From IMG/VR virus record IMGVR_UViG_3300035183_001163, positions 1 through 64,000 of that record: a stretch of 64,000 nt of DNA; one strand, given 5' to 3'. Position numbers and translations under genes: made by a program. This document shows positions 9,446 to 18,470 of this stretch, piece by piece. The DNA is from a virus. Every line of letters starts with the position of its first letter. Positions within the stretch are counted from its first letter, which is position 1. Below the pieces are notes generated by a model that saw only the letters and a program-made list of their open reading frames with translations, did not search any database and was not told the DNA's origin.

Positions 9446-10191
9446 CCGAGCGATACGGCGTGAAAGAGGTCTTCGACACGCTCCAGGGCGAGGGAAGCCG
9501 CGCCGGTGCGCGCTCCGTCTTCGTCCGCTTCTCGGGGTGCAACCTCTGGACGGGGTCGCCGCTCCACCGCGACGCGGGCAAGGGCGCGTGCGCGGCGTGG
9601 TGCGACACCGACTTCTTCAAGGGGGTGCCGCTCGACCTCATCGCGCTGCTCGCGATGATGGACAACGCGTGGCCGACCACCGCTGGAGCGGAGCGCTGGT
9701 GCGTGCTCTCCGGCGGAGAGCCCATGCTTCAGGTCAACGCCGCGCTCACCGACGCGCTCCACGCCGAGGGCTGGAAGATTGCGGTGGAGACGAACGGGAC
9801 GGTGGACTCGAAGGTCTGGGACCGCCTCGACCACGTCGCGTGCTCGCCCAAGGGCAACACCGCCCTCGTCGTCCCCGCGAGCCGCGTCGATGAGCTGAAG
9901 GTCGTGCTCCCCGGCTCGGGGCTGAACTTCGACGGCTGGAAGGACGACGACCTCGACGCGATGGCGGAGCACTACGCGCGTGCCGCGTTGTTCGTCCAGC
10001 CGCAGGACGTCCTTCCCGACCCGTCCATCGTCGGCACGTCGCTCCTCAAGGACGGCGTGGAGGACGAAGAAACCAACCAGCTCGCGAACATGGCCTTCCA
10101 ACAGAACCTCAACGGCGCCATCGCGTTCATCCGCCGGCGTCCGCGCTGGCGGCTGTCGCTGCAAACCCACAAGCTCATCGGGCTCCCGTAG
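9442..10191 (+). CDS. queE: 7-carboxy-7-deazaguanine synthase (radical SAM)
   Basis: FDTLQGEG, FVRFSGCNL..CDTDF, GGEP, VETNGT, CSPK, LSLQTHK. Confidence 0.93.
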   Translation: MTERYGVKEVFDTLQGEGSRAGARSVFVRFSGCNLWTGSPLHRDAGKGACAAWCDTDFFKGVPLDLIALLAMMDNAWPTTAGAERWCVLSGGEPMLQVNAALTDALHAEGWKIAVETNGTVDSKVWDRLDHVACSPKGNTALVVPASRVDELKVVLPGSGLNFDGWKDDDLDAMAEHYARAALFVQPQDVLPDPSIVGTSLLKDGVEDEETNQLANMAFQQNLNGAIAFIRRRPRWRLSLQTHKLIGLP

Positions 10192-10207
10192 TGGTAAGCT
10201 GCGGCTC

Positions 10208-10834
10208 GTGAGCCCCGAGAAGCACGCCCTCCTCCGTCGCGCGAAGGGTCCGATGGCCTCGCGCGTCTATGACTCGCTGTTCGTCGTCGCGCGCGCCCAC
10301 GCCGTCACCGTCGACGCGGTCGTGGCGGCGGCGCTCGGGCGCGGCGGGCCGTCCGCTGCCTACGAGGCGGCGCGGCGGCTGAGCGCGGACAACCCGACGT
10401 TCTTCTCGGGCCTGGAGAGCTGGCCCTGGACGTGCCAATTCTGCTCGCGCGAGGTCGCCGCCGTCGGCTCCTGCCACGAGTGCGGGACGCGGTCGTGCGC
10501 CGTCTGCCTGGGGCGTCACGGCTGTCCGCCGTGTACGAAGAAGGCCGAGGCCGCCGTCGAGCGCCGCCGGCTCATCTCCGCGGAGCAGGAAGGGCACCGG
10601 AAGTGGCTCCAGCGCCAGCTCGCGAAGCCGCTCCCCGCGCCGCCTCCGCCGGCCGCCCCGGACGAGATGCCGCCGCCCCCTCCCCCGCCGGTGATGCGGC
10701 CGGAGGACCCCGTCTACCCCGAGGAGCCGCCGCGGTACATCGCGACGCCCGGCGGGGTGCTGAGGCAAGACGTCTCGCACGCGGAGCAGCTTGACCAAAG
10801 CGCTACACCGCCCTCGACCGAAGCGGTAGGATGA
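10208..10834 (+). CDS. Cys-rich (zinc-finger-like) hypothetical protein with Pro-rich tail
   Basis: CQFC, CHEC, CAVC, HGCPPC; GTG start 7 nt after TGgTAAGCT. Confidence 0.6.
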   Translation: MSPEKHALLRRAKGPMASRVYDSLFVVARAHAVTVDAVVAAALGRGGPSAAYEAARRLSADNPTFFSGLESWPWTCQFCSREVAAVGSCHECGTRSCAVCLGRHGCPPCTKKAEAAVERRRLISAEQEGHRKWLQRQLAKPLPAPPPPAAPDEMPPPPPPPVMRPEDPVYPEEPPRYIATPGGVLRQDVSHAEQLDQSATPPSTEAVG

Positions 10835-10839
10835 GCACC

Positions 10840-11754
10840 ATGCCGACGTACACGGTCAAGCGCGGGGACTATCCGAGCAGCATCGCCAAGAAGTTCACCG
10901 GCAGCGAAGGCCGACACGCGGAGCTGCTCGACGCCAACCCCGACTTCCGCAAGGGCAACGGCCGGTGGAAGACGCTCAAGACGGGCGACGTCCTCCAGCT
11001 CCCCGCCGGGTGGGCGGACGGGGCCGACCGCGAGACGCAGCCCGCGCTCCCCGAGCCGGAGCCCGAGAGCGCGCCGGCGTACTGCGCGGTGTGCGAACAC
11101 GACCTCTGCATGTGCGCGAAGACGCCGGAGCCACCGCCCGGCTCGCGCTTCCCCGCGACGAAGACGAAGGAGACGCCGACGGCGGTATACGCCGCGCTCC
11201 AGCGCGCGTGGCTCAAGCTGTTCAACGACGTCCCGAGCCCCGAGTCCCTCTCCGTCCTCGTCGCCCACTGGGCGCTCGAAACGGGATGGGGGGACTCCTG
11301 CTGGAACTGGAATCTCGGGAACGTGAAGAGCCGCCCCGGCGACGGCCTGGACCACACCTACTACCCGTGTTGGGAGGTCCTGCCGAAGGCCGCGGCCTTC
11401 GCGCTCGCGAAGAACGCCGGCGTGCGCGCCGACGGCAAGCCCGGCCCCGACGTCGTCGTGGCGACGGAGCAGGACGACGGGACGGCCGTGGTCTGGTTCT
11501 ACCCGGACCACAACATGTGCCGCTTCCGGGCCTTCCGCTCTCTCGACGCCGGCGCGGAGGAGTACCTGAAGGTCCTCTTCCACCGCTTCAAGCGCGCGTG
11601 GGCATCCGTCACCACCGGCGACCCGAGCGGCTTCGCCGCGGCGCTCAAGGGAATGGATTACTTCACCGCGCCGCTCGACGGCCCGAAGGGGTATCGCACG
11701 GCCCTCGTCAGCGTCTTCAATCGCGTCGCGGCGCAGGTGAAGCGCGCCGCGTAA
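10840..11754 (+). CDS. LysM-domain peptidoglycan hydrolase (FlgJ/GH73 glucosaminidase-like)
   Basis: YTVKRGD..SIAKKF..LLDANP..GDVLQLP (LysM); WALETGWG, NLGNVK, FRAFRSLDAG, YFTA. Confidence 0.75.
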   Translation: MPTYTVKRGDYPSSIAKKFTGSEGRHAELLDANPDFRKGNGRWKTLKTGDVLQLPAGWADGADRETQPALPEPEPESAPAYCAVCEHDLCMCAKTPEPPPGSRFPATKTKETPTAVYAALQRAWLKLFNDVPSPESLSVLVAHWALETGWGDSCWNWNLGNVKSRPGDGLDHTYYPCWEVLPKAAAFALAKNAGVRADGKPGPDVVVATEQDDGTAVVWFYPDHNMCRFRAFRSLDAGAEEYLKVLFHRFKRAWASVTTGDPSGFAAALKGMDYFTAPLDGPKGYRTALVSVFNRVAAQVKRAA

Positions 11755-11782
11755 TCGTCCGAGGCGACGGAAAGACGCGCGC

Positions 11783-12400
11783 GTGGCTCTTGTCCTCGAC
11801 CCACCGCCCGACCCTCTCGACGCGCTCAAGCGCGCCGGCGAAGCGCTGCTCAAGCCGCTCGCCTGCGAGCGGTGCGCGCTCCGTCGTCGTACGAGCTTCG
11901 GCTGGGTGCTCCAGCCGTGCGGCCTCTGCGAACGGGGGAGCGACGACCGCGCGCCGTTCGGGCTTCGCGCGCTACACGCGGTGCTCGCCGGCGGCTGGGA
12001 CTTCGTCCCGACGTGGGGCGTGCGCTACCTCACCGACGGCCCGAAGCCGGTCCCGTTCGTCGTGTTCGAGCAGCAAGGCGGCCAGAGCGCCGCGTGCCCC
12101 GCGTGGGCGGCGAAGCTGCTCGTCCTCGGCACGCCGATGAAGAGCTACACGAAGCGGGAGCGGCGCGTCGGCGTCGTCTGGCCGGCTGTCTTCGATGCGC
12201 TCGCCGGCGACCCGACGCTGCGGCGCGCGCTCGACGCGGTGCTCATGCTCCTCCCGCAGGAGCCGCGGAACGGCGCTGCCGTCTGGCAGCCACCGCCCGA
12301 AGCGGCGGAGCGCGTCTATGAGTTCCTCCTGGACCACTTGCCCGACGTCATCGGCGCGGCGAGCGCCGAGGGAACGAAGTACATGGCGAGGCGTTCGTGA
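11783..12400 (+). CDS. Hypothetical protein (P-x-W paralog family)
   Basis: CERC/CGLC, CPAWAAKLL, DPTLRRALDAVL. Confidence 0.6.
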   Translation: MALVLDPPPDPLDALKRAGEALLKPLACERCALRRRTSFGWVLQPCGLCERGSDDRAPFGLRALHAVLAGGWDFVPTWGVRYLTDGPKPVPFVVFEQQGGQSAACPAWAAKLLVLGTPMKSYTKRERRVGVVWPAVFDALAGDPTLRRALDAVLMLLPQEPRNGAAVWQPPPEAAERVYEFLLDHLPDVIGAASAEGTKYMARRS

Positions 12401-12801
12401 AGCTCCTCCCCGACGGCTTCACGCGCGGCTTCGCGATGGCTCCCGACCGCGACGTCCACGCCCGGCACAAGCTCGCGAGCGAGGGCTGGGCGCTCATCGA
12501 GCGTCCGGACGTCGGCGGCTGGTCGATGTGGATGCCGTGGCTCGCGAGCGTCGGCCACGACCTCTTCGCGCCGGAGTGGGTCCTGAACATCCGGGGCCGG
12601 TGCTGGTTCCTCTTCGGCCACGGCATCGAGGACGCCATCGTGCGCTTCCTCCAGAGCGGCGAGCGCGCCGAGGAGCAGGGCCGCGCGCTCGTCGCGGCCG
12701 CCGACCTGGCCGGCGACGACACGGTGGCGAAGAAGGCCGCGTGCTTCAAGCTGCTCGGGCTCGAATGGCCGCCGCGGCGTGGCCTCGGAGCCGGCCGATG
12801 A
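12397..12801 (+). CDS. Hypothetical protein (P-x-W paralog family)
   Basis: FAPEWVL; GTGA overlap. Confidence 0.6.
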   Translation: MKLLPDGFTRGFAMAPDRDVHARHKLASEGWALIERPDVGGWSMWMPWLASVGHDLFAPEWVLNIRGRCWFLFGHGIEDAIVRFLQSGERAEEQGRALVAAADLAGDDTVAKKAACFKLLGLEWPPRRGLGAGR

Positions 12802-13133
12802 CCCCGGCGAAGATGCTCCGGAAGGGCTGGGTGGAGGCCGAGGGCTTCAACGAGCTGATGGCGCTCGCGCCCTTCGAGGTCGTCCCCGGCGCCACCACGC
12901 GCTTCGGCCATCGGCTGCTCGCGTGCCCGCTGCTCGCGGAGGTCTTCGAGGTCTACGGCGTCGAGCGGATGCGGGCGCAGAGCGCGCGGATGGTCGCGCA
13001 TCTCGTGGAGCACGGCCTCGTGGTAGGCTGTCGCTCTCTCATCGGCTACGCCCGAGTGGTCTCGGGCGCCGTGACCCAGGAGGAGCTGCTTGCCGCGAAA
13101 GAAGCCGCCGACGTTCGTGGAGGTCGCCAATGA
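12798..13133 (+). CDS. Hypothetical protein
   Basis: ATGA overlap; codon usage. Confidence 0.55.
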   Translation: MTPAKMLRKGWVEAEGFNELMALAPFEVVPGATTRFGHRLLACPLLAEVFEVYGVERMRAQSARMVAHLVEHGLVVGCRSLIGYARVVSGAVTQEELLAAKEAADVRGGRQ

Positions 13134-13470
13134 AGTCGGCCTCTTGGTGGAGAAGAAAAACGCCGCTTACGGCAACAGCTTCGTCGCCTCGGAGCGCGTC
13201 CTCGCCGCGCTCTATCCGAACGGCGTGGGACCGGAGGGCTATGGCGACTTCCTCGCCATCACCCGCGTCGTGGACAAGCTCTTTCGCATCGCCACCGACC
13301 GCGACGCGTTCGGAGAGGACCCCTGGCGTGACATCGCTGGCTACGCTGTCCTCGCTGTTCGCCGGCGCCTCAGTACACGTGCAGCTTCGGCTGGTGCTGG
13401 AGAGTCTTCGCCGCGCCACGGAGCCGTTCCTCGCGGCCGTCCGCGGCGAGCGAAGCGCGCGGCGCGATGA
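13090..13470 (+). CDS. Nucleotide modification associated domain 1 (Nmad1/DUF1599-like) protein
   Basis: KKNAAYGNSF, RVVDKLFRI, EDPWRDIAGYAVL. Confidence 0.7.
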   Translation: MPRKKPPTFVEVANEVGLLVEKKNAAYGNSFVASERVLAALYPNGVGPEGYGDFLAITRVVDKLFRIATDRDAFGEDPWRDIAGYAVLAVRRRLSTRAASAGAGESSPRHGAVPRGRPRRAKRAAR

Positions 13471-13680
13471 CGGCGTCTCGCGCTCGATGTTCGACAGCAT
13501 CGTGGGCGAGTGGGCGAAGAGCATCGGCCTCGACGTGGACAACACGCTCTTCTGGCTCCACGACGCGCCGCCGGAGCAGCTCGGGGAGCGGCTTCGCGCG
13601 CTCGTCGCCACCTACTAGCTCGATGGGCTCGTGGGCGCGCTCGCGCTCGTCTACGGCCCGGCGCGCGAGGACCTTGCGTC

Positions 13681-14007
13681 ATGAGAGCGAGCGCGGTCCT
13701 GGAGCGGCTCGACTCCGGCGGCACGATGCACGTGGACGAGCTAATCGTCCACGTCCGCAGCGTCATGCGGCGATACGCCGACGAGGCGGGGCTCCTCCCC
13801 GTGTGGGCGGTGTACGCGCTGCTCGCGGCCCACTTCGCCCAGGAGAACCTCCAGGAGACGCTCGCGAGCATCGCGGCGTTCCCCGAGGAGCGGCGGCTGG
13901 AGCTGGCGGCGAGCGCCTTCGCCGTCGCGCAGCTCGCGCCCGACGGCCCCGACTTCAGCCGCACCTACCCCGTGCGCGAGCTGCTCCGCGCCGCGGAGCG
14001 CGCCTGA
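13681..14007 (+). CDS. Hypothetical protein
   Basis: Codon usage; TGATG coupling to next gene. Confidence 0.55.
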   Translation: MRASAVLERLDSGGTMHVDELIVHVRSVMRRYADEAGLLPVWAVYALLAAHFAQENLQETLASIAAFPEERRLELAASAFAVAQLAPDGPDFSRTYPVRELLRAAERA

Positions 14008-14456
14008 TGGCGAACGCGCGCTGGCGGCGGGAGTCGATGTCGTGGGAGCCGTGGAGCGCCCGGCACCTCCACTGGGCGCGCGCTATCGCGCGAGACGCCG
14101 GGCTCCCGGAGGACGCGTTCACCTCGTTCGTCCGCGCGCTCCCCGGCTCGCGGATGGGCCGCGAGAGCGTCCCCGAGCGCAACCTGTTCGCGCCGCTCTG
14201 GCTCCACGCGTTCTGGGACGTCGCGACGGAGGAACACTTCGACCGCGACGAAGCCGGACACGTTCGGAAGGTACCCATCACGACGAACATCGCTGACCGC
14301 GTCTTCGCGAAGCTGCTCGTGGAGCGGAAAGAGCTGCGGCGCGCGCTGGAGGTCGTCTACGACGAGACGCGCGACCCGAATCGTACAGCCGACTTCGTTG
14401 TAGCTGTTGCGTTGGGAGAATTGAAAGAGCAGGATGGGCGCTCTCCGGAGGGATGA
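14007..14456 (+). CDS. Hypothetical protein (P-x-W paralog family)
   Basis: FAPLWLHAF, ELRRALEVVY. Confidence 0.6.
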   Translation: MANARWRRESMSWEPWSARHLHWARAIARDAGLPEDAFTSFVRALPGSRMGRESVPERNLFAPLWLHAFWDVATEEHFDRDEAGHVRKVPITTNIADRVFAKLLVERKELRRALEVVYDETRDPNRTADFVVAVALGELKEQDGRSPEG

Positions 14457-14457
14457 G

Positions 14458-14850
14458 ATGGGACACGGTCGGCACGTGAAGGTGGTGGGCTACGGAGCGG
14501 TCACGCTCGTCGGCGCGGTCGTCGTCGTGCGCGACTTCCTCAAGGAGCTGGTCTCGACGCTCGGGATGCGCGCCCTGGGAGAGCCCGTCATGCACGATGT
14601 CGAGCTGGACCTCTCCAAGCTCAACGTGGAGCCGTTCGAGGACGAGGGCGGCGTCACCGGCGTCGCGGTGCTCTCGACGTCGCACTGCGCCATCCACACC
14701 TGGCCGGCGCGGGACGGGTTCTTCGTCCTGGACGTGTACTCGTGCCGCGACTTCGACCCTACGGCCGTCGCCGAAGCGCTCACCACGAAGCTCGGGGTGC
14801 GGAAGCTGCGGATGACGGACGTGACGAGCGCGCTGGAGCCGCCTCCCTAG
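14458..14850 (+). CDS. speD: Pyruvoyl-dependent S-adenosylmethionine decarboxylase family proenzyme
   Basis: GGVTGVAVLSTSHCAIHTWP, LDVYSCRDFD. Confidence 0.85.
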   Translation: MGHGRHVKVVGYGAVTLVGAVVVVRDFLKELVSTLGMRALGEPVMHDVELDLSKLNVEPFEDEGGVTGVAVLSTSHCAIHTWPARDGFFVLDVYSCRDFDPTAVAEALTTKLGVRKLRMTDVTSALEPPP

Positions 14851-15005
14851 GCGGCGACCTTCCAGCCCCGGCGCGGCGCATCGAAGGCGCGCTGGAACGC
14901 TTCTCCCGGCGTGGCTCCCGTCACCGGCTCCGCGAGCCACGGAGCGGACGCGAACCACACACCATCGACTTCGACCAGTTCGATTGCGAGCGAGGCGACG
15001 ACCAT
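14847..15005 (-). CDS. 52-aa HicB-antitoxin-like small protein (not in ORF track)
   Basis: Translated by hand: MVVASLAIELVEVDGVWFASAPWLAEPVTGATPGEAFQRAFDAPRRGWKVAA; TACGCT-N7-ATG upstream. Confidence 0.5.
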   Translation of the reverse strand: MVVASLAIELVEVDGVWFASAPWLAEPVTGATPGEAFQRAFDAPRRGWKVAA

Positions 15006-15047
15006 CGCTTCAAGCGTACCGCCGGGCGCCGGTGGGACGATAGGCGC

Positions 15048-15518
15048 TCAGCCGTCGTCGGTGAGCGTGCGGATGGTCGCGACGATGGCCGCGAGCTTCT
15101 CCGCCGCGGTGCTCAGCCCGACGTTCGCCGCGCGGAGCGCCTCCTTGAGCGAGCGCTCGCGGCGCTCGCCGGCGACGAGCAGCTCATGGAGCTTCGCCAC
15201 CTCGCGCTCCGCGGCGAAGACGCGCTCCAGCAGCGCGGCGCGCGTCGGGTCCGGCGGAGCGTCGCCGCTCTCGTCGTCCACGAGCACCGCGACCGGCTCT
15301 CCGGGGCGCACGGCTTTCATCGCCAGCACCGTCCGATGGGCGTGGATGCGCTTGTAGTAGTCCTCCGCGCCCTCGACGAGGTCGGGCGCCTCAATGACGA
15401 CGCCGAACGGCTCCGGGCGCGTCGGTGGCGGCGGCGGGATGTCGTCCTGCGCACCCTCTCCACCGACCGGCGGCGCGGGTGGGCGTCGCGTTGGTCGGCG
15501 CGGCGGCTTCGTCGTCAT
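15048..15518 (-). CDS. Hypothetical protein
   Basis: Part of the minus-strand block; Pro-rich N-terminus, coiled-coil C-terminus. Confidence 0.6.
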   Translation of the reverse strand: MTTKPPRRPTRRPPAPPVGGEGAQDDIPPPPPTRPEPFGVVIEAPDLVEGAEDYYKRIHAHRTVLAMKAVRPGEPVAVLVDDESGDAPPDPTRAALLERVFAAEREVAKLHELLVAGERRERSLKEALRAANVGLSTAAEKLAAIVATIRTLTDDG

Positions 15519-15619
15519 CAGTCCAGAAGATGTAGCAGACAGGCCGCGAATACGAACAGAGTTACAAGCGCCAGGAGCGCGTCGTCGGCGTCCGCGAGAG
15601 GATGTCGCACGGGCTTCAC
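15518..15619 (-). CDS. 33-aa single-pass membrane peptide
   Basis: GTG overlaps upstream TGA; ALLALVTLFVFAACLLHLL; stop overlaps next ATG. Confidence 0.45.
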   Translation of the reverse strand: MKPVRHPLADADDALLALVTLFVFAACLLHLLD

Positions 15620-15912
15620 GGCGCGGCGTTTCCGTTCGGTAACACGTGCTCGGGAATGCAGAAGTGGACCGCGTTGCCGGCGGAGACGTGGTGGTTGTTC
15701 ATCCGAAGGTCGACGCTCGCGACCCATCGGAGCCCGGCGCGGTCGGCGTAGAGGTGGGCGACCTGGCTGAGGGTCGTCGTCTTGTCGAAGGCGTCGTCCT
15801 TCGCCCAGAGTCGCCTCGACTCCGGCGAGCGGTAGACGCGGAGCATGAAGCGCTCGCCGTCGAGCGCGAAGAGCCCCAACCAGTAGCCCGTCCGCTTCAA
15901 ACGACGCGCCAC
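15616..15912 (-). CDS. Hypothetical protein
   Basis: Tiled minus-strand ORF. Confidence 0.55.
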   Translation of the reverse strand: MARRLKRTGYWLGLFALDGERFMLRVYRSPESRRLWAKDDAFDKTTTLSQVAHLYADRAGLRWVASVDLRMNNHHVSAGNAVHFCIPEHVLPNGNAAP

Positions 15913-15915
15913 CGC

Positions 15916-16434
15916 TCAACCGCTCGTACGTCGAAGCACGTCCCGGAGCTGCTCGACAGCCTGCTTCACCTCGACGTCGTGGGAGACGACGTCGGGGAGC
16001 GCCGCTTCGGCGAAGGCGACGACCATCGGGACGGTGAGGTGGTTGATGCCGGCGCTCTCCACGAGCGCGCGCAGCGCCCTCTCCGTCGTCTCGTCCTCCT
16101 CGCAGCGCGCCACGAGCCGCTTCATGAGCGCGTGGTGCTCCGCGTGGCCGGGCGAGCGGAGGATGTCCGCGAGGTGGAGCGCCCACCGGGGCGTCCACGT
16201 CTCCAGCACCTGGCGCCCGCCGCTCTTCCTTCCCGTCCGCGCGCGCTCCAGCGGCGCCCCGAGCAGCTTCAGCCCTTCCAGCGTCCCGGAATACCACCCG
16301 ACGGTCACCCAGCCGCGCGCGGCGAAGGAGCGGCGCGCCGACTCGGCCTGGCACCCGAAGGTCTTTCGATGTCCGGAGAGGCCCTTGCGGCGGAGGCGCG
16401 CCCCGCATCCCGGGCACGTCGTGTCGAAGTCCAT
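15916..16434 (-). CDS. Zinc-finger hypothetical protein (P-x-W paralog family)
   Basis: CPGC..H..C, WTPRWALHL, DETTERALRALV. Confidence 0.6.
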   Translation of the reverse strand: MDFDTTCPGCGARLRRKGLSGHRKTFGCQAESARRSFAARGWVTVGWYSGTLEGLKLLGAPLERARTGRKSGGRQVLETWTPRWALHLADILRSPGHAEHHALMKRLVARCEEDETTERALRALVESAGINHLTVPMVVAFAEAALPDVVSHDVEVKQAVEQLRDVLRRTSG

Positions 16435-16438
16435 CGCG

Positions 16439-16744
16439 CTATCTCTTCCCGTTCGCCCACCGCTTCAGCCGCTTCGCGTTCTCCAGCGCGCGGTGGAGTA
16501 GGGATAGGACGGTCGGCGCTCCGGCGCTCGTCGCGACGCGCTCCAGCCCTCGCGTCGTGAACGACGCCCCGAGCATCGATATCCGTTTCTGGAGGCAGAG
16601 GCAACAGGTGATATACCCATCTCGCCGCGTACCCTTCACGTGGACGCGGCCGTCGCATAGCGCCCGCGAGCCGCCGGGGACGAGCGCGTGGGTGACCTCG
16701 TTGGAGAGGTCGGGCTTGGGGCCTCCGAAGCGCTTACCGGGCAT
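16439..16744 (-). CDS. Hypothetical protein
   Basis: THAL..ALC..ITCCLC possible metal-binding motif. Confidence 0.5.
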   Translation of the reverse strand: MPGKRFGGPKPDLSNEVTHALVPGGSRALCDGRVHVKGTRRDGYITCCLCLQKRISMLGASFTTRGLERVATSAGAPTVLSLLHRALENAKRLKRWANGKR

Positions 16745-17585
16745 CGGGCTTCGGGGTGACGGGACCGTAGACGGCTTGGCACACCTCGCACGTCTCGGGG
16801 TCGTGGTCGGCGTCGCGCTTCGCGTGCGGCGGGACGGAGCCCGCCTCCAGCAGCTTTACCGAAGGCGGCGGCAGCTCCGGGCGCGAATCCCCGTCCTTCA
16901 CGGGGGGCTCGGCTTCGCGCTCCCGCACCCCACTCGCGAGCTTCCCCGGCGCAGCCGTCAGCGCCGCATCGCGCGGCATCGGCATGGGAGGGATAGGGGC
17001 ATCGGGGTCCACGGGCGGCGGCTCGCTCGGCCCGTCGTCGTGGAGGAAGCTCGTCGCGTCATCGGCCCACGACGCCAGCGCCCGAAGCGCGTCACCGGCC
17101 AGGGAGAGCGACTCGATGGCCCGACGGCTCGCTCCCGCCCCGGAATCACCCCGAGCGAGCGCCGACAGACGCTCCCGCCACCGAGCCGCCCGCCGATGCG
17201 CCGAGGCCCCTACGGCCCACGCTCCGGTCGCGACGAGCAGCCAGAGCCCCATCGGCCTCTCGGCGGCGTGGGCCATCGACGCGGCCCCGAGCGAGAACCA
17301 GAACAGCGCCCACGCCCCCAGCTCCACCGTCCTCGCCGTCGCCGCCTTCCGGGCGAGCGTCGTCGGAGAGAGAACAAGCGAAGAGGCCCCCTCCCCGAAG
17401 CGCGCGCCTTCCGCCGTACGCGGGACCGGCTCTTCGGGGAGCACGGACGCTCCGGAGCGTTCCGCGCCCCCGGTGTTCGTCTCGCGGGGGGAAGGAGCCG
17501 GCAGAGAGAGGGCCTCCTCGGCGTCCGTCTTTGCGGCTAGGGGAGCACGTTCGTAGGGAGCGCGCGCGTCGTGGGCGAGAGCCAT
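16734..17585 (-). CDS. Hypothetical membrane protein
   Basis: Two hydrophobic segments; TAGACT-N6-ATG upstream. Confidence 0.55.
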   Translation of the reverse strand: MALAHDARAPYERAPLAAKTDAEEALSLPAPSPRETNTGGAERSGASVLPEEPVPRTAEGARFGEGASSLVLSPTTLARKAATARTVELGAWALFWFSLGAASMAHAAERPMGLWLLVATGAWAVGASAHRRAARWRERLSALARGDSGAGASRRAIESLSLAGDALRALASWADDATSFLHDDGPSEPPPVDPDAPIPPMPMPRDAALTAAPGKLASGVREREAEPPVKDGDSRPELPPPSVKLLEAGSVPPHAKRDADHDPETCEVCQAVYGPVTPKPDAR

Positions 17586-17688
17586 GGCGACAGTCTACCT
17601 CAGTTTCCTCTCCGTTCTTCCAACTCTCTCTTGCGTTGCAACGGCCTCACCTGTCAGTATGTAGCCCATCCGAAGGGACTACGCAGTC

Positions 17689-18405
17689 ATGCCCTACCGC
17701 CCCCTGGACCGTGAGACGTACGACAAGCTCCTGGAATCGTTCCGCAACTACCCGGGCGAGATTGACCGCGCTGCGAAGTTCTCGGGCGTCGACTGGCGCA
17801 CGGCGAAGCGCGCTTGGGCCGGCCCGCCGCGCAAGAAGCTCGCATGGTTCCGCGTCATCAAAGACGTCCTCGCCGACGAGAAAGCAGAGGCCGAGCGGCT
17901 CCGCGCCCAGCAGGACGCCGCGCTCACCGCGGAGCGAGAGCGCATCGCGAAAGAGGCCGAAGACGCCCGCCGGCTGGAAGAGGAAGCGCGGATGGTCGAC
18001 GAGGCGAGCCTCCGAACGCTCCGCAAGGACGCCCTCGCGGGGCTCGTCGCGTGCGCGGCGCTCACCGACGGCATCGGAAAGCTCGCCAAGCGAATCGGCG
18101 ACCAGCTCTCCACCGGCGTCGACAAGAACGGCAAGCCGCTCGACATCGAGGTGGGCTCGACGCTCAAGATTCTCCGCGACTACTCGCTCACCGTCGGGCG
18201 CCTCGGCCACATCGTCGACACCATCGCGAGCATGCAGCGCGTGAAGGAAGGGCTCCCCACCGCCGTCATGGGCATCAACGTCGCGCACATCACGCTGGAG
18301 GACGCGGAGCGCGAGGTCGAATTCGCGAAGGGCGCCCTGGAGCGCGCGCGGGAGCTGGGCCTCGTCGTCCACTCCGGCGGCGCGGAGGCAAAGAAGCCGG
18401 CTTAG
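17689..18405 (+). CDS. N-terminal HTH plus coiled-coil protein; possible terminase small subunit
   Basis: IDRAAKFSGVDWRTAKRAW HTH-like segment; TerS assignment is inference. Confidence 0.5.
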   Translation: MPYRPLDRETYDKLLESFRNYPGEIDRAAKFSGVDWRTAKRAWAGPPRKKLAWFRVIKDVLADEKAEAERLRAQQDAALTAERERIAKEAEDARRLEEEARMVDEASLRTLRKDALAGLVACAALTDGIGKLAKRIGDQLSTGVDKNGKPLDIEVGSTLKILRDYSLTVGRLGHIVDTIASMQRVKEGLPTAVMGINVAHITLEDAEREVEFAKGALERARELGLVVHSGGAEAKKPA

Positions 18406-18470
18406 CTCTCGCCGCCCTGTCGCTCGCGACAGGGTAGCACGTCACGCAACCTCAGCACAAGGACCGAACG

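Noticed and set aside
13379-13618. Overlapping +1-frame ORF after Nmad1 as a programmed frameshift
   Set aside because: It has its own possible GTG start and no clear shift signal, so the evidence is too weak
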